From the IMG/VR virus record IMGVR_UViG_3300026546_000001, positions 64,001-128,000 of that record: a stretch of 64,000 bases of DNA; one strand, written 5' to 3'. Position 1 is the first letter of the stretch. Each line of letters begins with the position of its first letter. A model generated the notes under the pieces. That model was not told where the DNA came from. It did no database searches and saw nothing but the letters and a program-made list of their open reading frames with translations. Made by a program: the position numbers and the translations under genes. The DNA comes from a virus. Lineage: Duplodnaviria; Caudoviricetes. This document shows positions 59,744-64,000 of the stretch, in pieces.

Positions 59744-61592
59744 TATTATTAAAATCCTTATATTTTGTAATAACTGCTTCTGTTGTAGGTAATTCTTTAT
59801 CTCCTTCAGAAGTAGTTTCATTTTTTATTAATTCTTCAGCTTTTTCAGTCATTTTTATATTAATTTTAGTCATTAATTCTGAAAATTTATCATAATTAAT
59901 ATTAAAACCATAAATATCTTTATTTTTCAAAAATATTGACATTGCAGACATAAAATATTCTTCTCCAGTTATTGTTCGTGCATCTAAAATTCCATTTTCT
60001 TCAATATTACCAAATTCTTTATTTCCACTATATTCAGGAAATTTATTTAAAAATATTTGTAATATTTTAATACCCTCATCATTTAATTCATCTTTTTCAA
60101 TTTGTTTTCTAGTTGTTTTTGGAACTAAATCACTCACAGATTTAAGCGCTTCAATAAATAAACTATGAATATCTTTATCTTCATTTAAATCTATTAATCC
60201 AAGCATTTCTAATAAACTATTAAATAATTCTTTAGCTTTATCAGAATATATTAACATACCTGCAGCAAATTCTTTTTTAACAAATCTTTTAATACTTCTT
60301 AAAATTCTTGTTGATCTTAATAGTGCTTTTCCACTTGTTTTTTTAACTGCTTCTTTTGAACCTTTTTTAACTGTTTCTTTTGCAACTTTTTTAGTAATAT
60401 CAGTCATACGCATTGAAGTTTTAAGTCTATTAGATATTATTTTTGTATTAACTGACAATTTATTTACAAGTTTTTCTAATTCTTTTTTAGGTATTTTATT
60501 ACCTAATTTTTTACTATATTTTTCTGCAACTTCAGATGCAATTTTTTTAGTTACTTTAGTTGCTTCTTTACCACTTAATTTTGCAGTTTCTTTAAGAACA
60601 CGTTCTTGCGTTTCTTTTATCATTGATTGAACTACTTTTTTATCAGCAGCTTTTAAACTATATTTACTAAATTCTTTAAATGCTATTTCTGATTCATTTT
60701 TTAAAAATTCTTTAGCAGTTTTTGTAGATACAGTTTTTCCAAATGTACCTTTTGTTGCCTTTCCAATCGGAACTTCTAATTTTTCTGCTAATTCAATAAT
60801 TTGTTTATCATGAGATAATTCATTAACTATTTTACTTGATTTTTTTTCAAAAAATGTCATTAATCTATCTAATCCAGATTTTTCAACTATAAATTTACCT
60901 ATTGATGTATTTTTAAAACTTTTAACTAAATTTTTTAATTTTGTTGTTAATTTTCCAGTTTGATTTAATATTAAATCTAACCCTCTTTTAAGAAGATTTC
61001 TTGATGCAGGTGATTTTGTTACGGTTTTTATTACACCACTTGCGCCATTTTTACCAGCTCTAGATAATATTTTTTTAATTACCATGTTACCAATATTTCC
61101 ACCAGTTGGTAGTGTTGCTGATGCAATAGTTATAATACCCATTATAATATATTCTATACGTTTGTTACTATTATCAACCATATAACCAAATGCAGACGCA
61201 ATATAGTACAATCCATGTAATACATCTATAAATGCACTAATTCCAAAACCAACACCAGTTGCATCAAGTATCGCTGATATACCATCAACACCTAAATGAA
61301 TCCAATCTTCAGGTCTATCAGGTGCTAATTCTTTAATGAAATTAGCAGTTTTATCCCATGCATTAGAAAGCCAATTACCATTTTCATCAATTAAATAACC
61401 ATGTTTAGAATATATTGTATTATCATTTTCAATTTTTTTCAAACTTTCATTTACTGCAATTAATTTATTAATTTTATTATTATAATATTCTAATAATTCA
61501 TCATTTTTAATATATTTTAATTGTTCAAGATCAAAAAGCTTATTTAATTTAGAATTAAAATATATTTTTCTTTGCGTATCTACTATATACAT
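59727..61592 (-). CDS. putative virion/ejection protein with a Gly-rich hydrophobic hairpin
   Basis: WIHLGVDGISAILDATGVG..IDVLHGLYY, basic middle region, degenerate PG-binding-like segment. Confidence 0.5.
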   Translation of the reverse strand: MYIVDTQRKIYFNSKLNKLFDLEQLKYIKNDELLEYYNNKINKLIAVNESLKKIENDNTIYSKHGYLIDENGNWLSNAWDKTANFIKELAPDRPEDWIHLGVDGISAILDATGVGFGISAFIDVLHGLYYIASAFGYMVDNSNKRIEYIIMGIITIASATLPTGGNIGNMVIKKILSRAGKNGASGVIKTVTKSPASRNLLKRGLDLILNQTGKLTTKLKNLVKSFKNTSIGKFIVEKSGLDRLMTFFEKKSSKIVNELSHDKQIIELAEKLEVPIGKATKGTFGKTVSTKTAKEFLKNESEIAFKEFSKYSLKAADKKVVQSMIKETQERVLKETAKLSGKEATKVTKKIASEVAEKYSKKLGNKIPKKELEKLVNKLSVNTKIISNRLKTSMRMTDITKKVAKETVKKGSKEAVKKTSGKALLRSTRILRSIKRFVKKEFAAGMLIYSDKAKELFNSLLEMLGLIDLNEDKDIHSLFIEALKSVSDLVPKTTRKQIEKDELNDEGIKILQIFLNKFPEYSGNKEFGNIEENGILDARTITGEEYFMSAMSIFLKNKDIYGFNINYDKFSELMTKINIKMTEKAEELIKNETTSEGDKELPTTEAVITKYKDFNNTIYHL

Positions 61593-61613
61593 GTTTTTAA
61601 TATAATTTTTTTA

Positions 61614-62609
61614 TTATAATTGTAACCATTTTTTTAATCTAGCTAATAGATCACTTTCTGGTGATGGATTAGACATACCATTTTTTGGATGATAAATATT
61701 AAAATTATTTTTATCAAATTCAACTTTCATCAATGTTAATATTTTTTTCCATGTGTCTATATCTACTTCACCAGTTGTTGGTAAATTATTTTTTTCCTGA
61801 AATTTTAATAATGCGGTCTTTGTTTTTTTACTAAAATTTCCATCTTCTGGGCCTGAATCTAATTCAAGTTTGTTTAACATATATTGTATAAATTTAACAA
61901 TATTTAAACTTTCATCAGCTAATGATGTATTTAATAATGGTGCTCTATATTTAGTTATTTTATATTTAAATGTATTTTTAACTTCTAAATAATGTTGTTT
62001 AATTTCATTCCATAATTCATCAGGTTTTATTCCTAACTTATTAGAAGATAAACTTGTTACTTCTCCATGTGTAGCTTGTGATATTTCTTCATCACTTATA
62101 TTACTTTCATCTTCAGCTTTTTTAAATTCTTCTTCAACTTTTTTAAGAACATCTTCCTGTTTTAATTGTTTTAAAAAACGTTCTATTATTTTATTATCAT
62201 TTGAATTTTTTCTAATTTCTTTAATTAATAAATCAATTATATTATAATCATGTTCATAATTACTAATTTTTTTAGAATTTTTATTTTCATCTTGGTTTTT
62301 TAATCCATTAATTATAGTTTTAATATCTGATTTTACTTTTTTACATGCCTTTATTTTAAGACGTTTTTCAATATTTCTATTATTAAATCTATTTGCAAGT
62401 TTTTCAATTCTATGACGTTTTTTATCTATTCGATGAGTTATTCTTTTTGATTTTTTTTCTTTACCTTTTTCATCAGATTTTTTTTTACGCGCTTTCAATT
62501 TATCAATTTTACGCGTTTTTCGTTCTGCGCGTTTAAGTTTTCTTTCATCTTTTTCACGTTTTTCATTTAGCGCTTCATAATTAGAATAACTTTTAATATA
62601 ATCAATCAT
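61614..62609 (-). CDS. peptidoglycan-binding domain (PG_binding_1-like) protein
   Basis: VKFIQYML..DGNFSKKTKTALLKFQ..GEVDIDTW. Confidence 0.75.
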   Translation of the reverse strand: MIDYIKSYSNYEALNEKREKDERKLKRAERKTRKIDKLKARKKKSDEKGKEKKSKRITHRIDKKRHRIEKLANRFNNRNIEKRLKIKACKKVKSDIKTIINGLKNQDENKNSKKISNYEHDYNIIDLLIKEIRKNSNDNKIIERFLKQLKQEDVLKKVEEEFKKAEDESNISDEEISQATHGEVTSLSSNKLGIKPDELWNEIKQHYLEVKNTFKYKITKYRAPLLNTSLADESLNIVKFIQYMLNKLELDSGPEDGNFSKKTKTALLKFQEKNNLPTTGEVDIDTWKKILTLMKVEFDKNNFNIYHPKNGMSNPSPESDLLARLKKWLQL

Positions 62610-62650
62610 TAATTAATATACTAATTTTTTTTATATATTAATATATTATT

Positions 62651-63430
62651 TTATAAATTATTGAGATGCGCTTTTAAAATATTTCTATAATCCTTTGCTT
62701 GTATTAAAATAATATCTTCATTTTCGGGTGGAATCCAACAAATAAAACTTGGGCCAGTTTCAATACCGTGTTCTTCTAACATTAATCTATATAAACTAAC
62801 TTGAATACTAAATCTATTATGTTCATTATCTTTTTCATTGCTGAATGGACCTACTAAATATTTGTTATAATTATAATCTTCATCAGTTGTAAATTTTTTA
62901 TTTGTTTTCCAATCACCTACAATTAATTTATTTTTATACCAAAATAATGTATCAATAGTTCCTGCTAATTTATATTTTAATGACCAGATACGTAATTCTT
63001 GTGCTACTGGTGTCATTTTACTAAGCTTATCGGTATATAATTGAAACCATTTATTAATTCTTCGTTCAATTATTGTATTTATTTCATCTTTTGAATATGG
63101 ACCAATATTATAATTTATTTTTGGTATTTCAGGATTTAAATTATTTAAAAAATCTTCAATCCATTTATGAACTATAGATCCAATAGTAGTACCTTTATCT
63201 GATTTATATTTCCAATCTTCAAGTAATTCTTCAACTGTAATTCCTAATTCTTCAGCTTTACGATTAGACCAATATTCAGTGTCAAATTTTTCATAAAATT
63301 TAGAATAAAATGTAGTAACTGAAGTTAATTCGTCTTTTTTATAGTAATATTTATGAACATCTTCGTAAAATTTAAAATATTCTGGTGGATTTAAAAATTT
63401 ATCTAATTTTTTAATTATTTCATTATTCAT
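62651..63430 (-). CDS. PD-(D/E)XK (RecB/Cas4-like) exonuclease
   Basis: GSIVH, AGTID, DWKT, QVSLY; start MNNEII chosen from the promoter position. Confidence 0.8.
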   Translation of the reverse strand: MNNEIIKKLDKFLNPPEYFKFYEDVHKYYYKKDELTSVTTFYSKFYEKFDTEYWSNRKAEELGITVEELLEDWKYKSDKGTTIGSIVHKWIEDFLNNLNPEIPKINYNIGPYSKDEINTIIERRINKWFQLYTDKLSKMTPVAQELRIWSLKYKLAGTIDTLFWYKNKLIVGDWKTNKKFTTDEDYNYNKYLVGPFSNEKDNEHNRFSIQVSLYRLMLEEHGIETGPSFICWIPPENEDIILIQAKDYRNILKAHLNNL

Positions 63431-63467
63431 ATAATTTATATTCATTTTATATAAAATGTTTTATATG

Positions 63468-63496
63468 AAAAAAGCGCTACTATTAAGTAGCGCTTT
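63468..63496 (-). terminator. intrinsic terminator
   Basis: AAAGCGCTACT/AGTAGCGCTTT. Confidence 0.8.
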
Positions 63497-63517
63497 GAAA
63501 TGTTAAACAATAAAAGC

Positions 63518-64000
63518 TTATTTAAATTCTTTAATTATTTCAGGTTCTATTTGTTTAATATAATATGATAGAGAAGTAAATAATGCTTCAACATGATTAA
63601 CGTATGAATATTCAAATAATTCGTCATCATACATTTTTAATTCGTCAAAAATTTCAGTGTATGTTGGAGTTATTCTTCTATCATCAATTTTATCTGACAT
63701 TACGTCTGGTAAAATTTTTAATATATTACGAGCAGTTTGCTTTAAAAATTCAGTATTGGTTGTGTCATTATTTTTCTTTTTATCTAAAGTATTTTTAATG
63801 AACTCTATTTCATCCAACCAACCTTGTTCACGCATAATTTGCTCTCCATATTCTTTATCGTGAGTATACAAGTAATTTGCAATTAATTTAAATAATTTAC
63901 TTCTTGTTACTTGAGAACCTGGACCTTCAATTTCTTGATACAGCTGACCAGTTTTAAACACAATTATCATTGCTCGTTTAAGGTCAATATTAGATTTTGG
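63518..64000 (-). CDS. hypothetical protein, probably 5'-truncated by the window end
   Basis: Frame stays open upstream of the ATG at 63970 to the window edge. Confidence 0.6.
   Translation of the reverse strand, partial: PKSNIDLKRAMIIVFKTGQLYQEIEGPGSQVTRSKLFKLIANYLYTHDKEYGEQIMREQGWLDEIEFIKNTLDKKKNNDTTNTEFLKQTARNILKILPDVMSDKIDDRRITPTYTEIFDELKMYDDELFEYSYVNHVEALFTSLSYYIKQIEPEIIKEFK

Noticed and set aside
62651-63430. Cas4 of a CRISPR system
   Set aside because: No Fe-S cysteine set and no cas genes or array; ordinary phage exonuclease
1-64000. Stop-codon reassignment as in Lak or some crAss-like phages
   Set aside because: Standard-code ORFs tile the window at high density, and TAG and TGA terminate intact genes (clpC, thyA)

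Overview
Very AT-rich (roughly 22-25% GC by eye), gene-dense segment of a large T4-like (myovirus) jumbo phage genome, read in the standard genetic code. The host is most likely Bacteroidota: there are recurrent TAnnTTTG -7 promoter boxes, no Shine-Dalgarno motifs, and Bacteroidota-like ClpC and TyrRS. Core phage genes are a gp41/DnaB-like helicase, a gp17-like large terminase, a 1273-aa gp18-like tail sheath, a five-gene tail fibre/spike cluster, thymidylate synthase, a DinG-like helicase, a PD-(D/E)XK exonuclease and a NUDIX hydrolase. Host-takeover or accessory genes are a ClpC without its N-domain, TyrRS, a sensorless histidine kinase, an AAH/TibC-like glycosyltransferase plus two GT2-like paralogs, an M28 peptidase and two secreted zincins. 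The most notable unexplained structures are: (1) three paralogous proteins with 6, 10 and 9 copies of a 23-aa repeat carrying a variable core, fused to a nuclease and a Mom/GNAT-like domain; (2) a GC-enriched ~143-nt intergenic element with 6S-RNA-like architecture; (3) a six-gene array of ~100-aa ORFs with divergent cores and a shared C-terminal tag; (4) N-terminal peptides resembling the T4 capsid-targeting sequence on many unrelated proteins; (5) three distinct promoter classes. All calls come from motif reading by eye; no database searches were run.
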